Shown here piece after piece: positions 63,840-64,000 of a stretch of DNA of 64,000 bases. The DNA lies in NCBI RefSeq assembly GCF_018350175.1, contig NC_058368.1:176392001-176456000 (forward strand), given 5' to 3'. Made by a program: the position numbers and the translations under genes. Every line of letters begins with the position of its first letter. The first letter of the stretch is position 1. The notes beneath the pieces are model-generated. The model had not been told where the DNA came from and made no database searches. It saw only the letters and a program-made list of their open reading frames with translations. The DNA is from Felis catus (lineage: Eukaryota).

Positions 63840-64000
63840 TTTTTTTCTTAATATAATTTTTCTTTTTTCTTTCTTTTAATGTTTATTTTATTTCTGAGAG
63901 AGAGCACACGCAGAGGGGCAGAGAAAGAGGGGGACAGATGATTTGAAGCAGGCTCTGCGCTGATAACAGTGAGCCAGATGCGCAGCTCAAACTCACCAAC
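63840..64000 (-). mobile_element. Can-SINE, partial (runs off the right edge)
   Basis: T-rich tail, ttttaatgtttattttatttctgagagagagc...ggggcagagaaagagggggacaga...gaagcaggctctgcgctga. Confidence 0.85.

Noticed and set aside
1..64000. CRISPR arrays, operons or other prokaryotic or novel systems
   Set aside because: The sequence is mammalian; I saw no regularly spaced repeat-spacer array, long intact ORF or compositionally foreign insert.

Overview
Mammalian genomic DNA from a felid (cat family), judged from about 27 tRNA-derived Can-SINE copies of the SINEC_Fc type. The only protein-coding gene I can support is the 5' part of ERGIC1 on the minus strand: a CpG-island promoter (~50900-51510), exon 1 with 20 coding nt (51195-51214, ATG at 51214), a 48,639-bp intron 1 (2556-51194) and a 62-nt exon 2 (2494-2555). 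Spliced, these give MPFDFRRFDIYRKVPKDLTQPTYTGAI(I); further exons must lie left of the window. Neither exon appears in the ORF track, and the listed ORFs look like noise from repeats, microsatellites or GC-rich DNA. The rest is intronic or upstream sequence full of SINEC, MIR, L1, L2, MaLR/ERV LTR and hAT relics plus microsatellites. The most notable object is a full-length U6 snRNA / L1 3'-end chimeric retrocopy (5563-5996) with a target-site duplication (TSD); its U6 part has diverged almost entirely by AT-to-GC changes and has gained CpGs. I found no convincing evidence of a new biological system. Repeat family names are from recognition by eye, and boundaries of old repeats are approximate (tens of bp).
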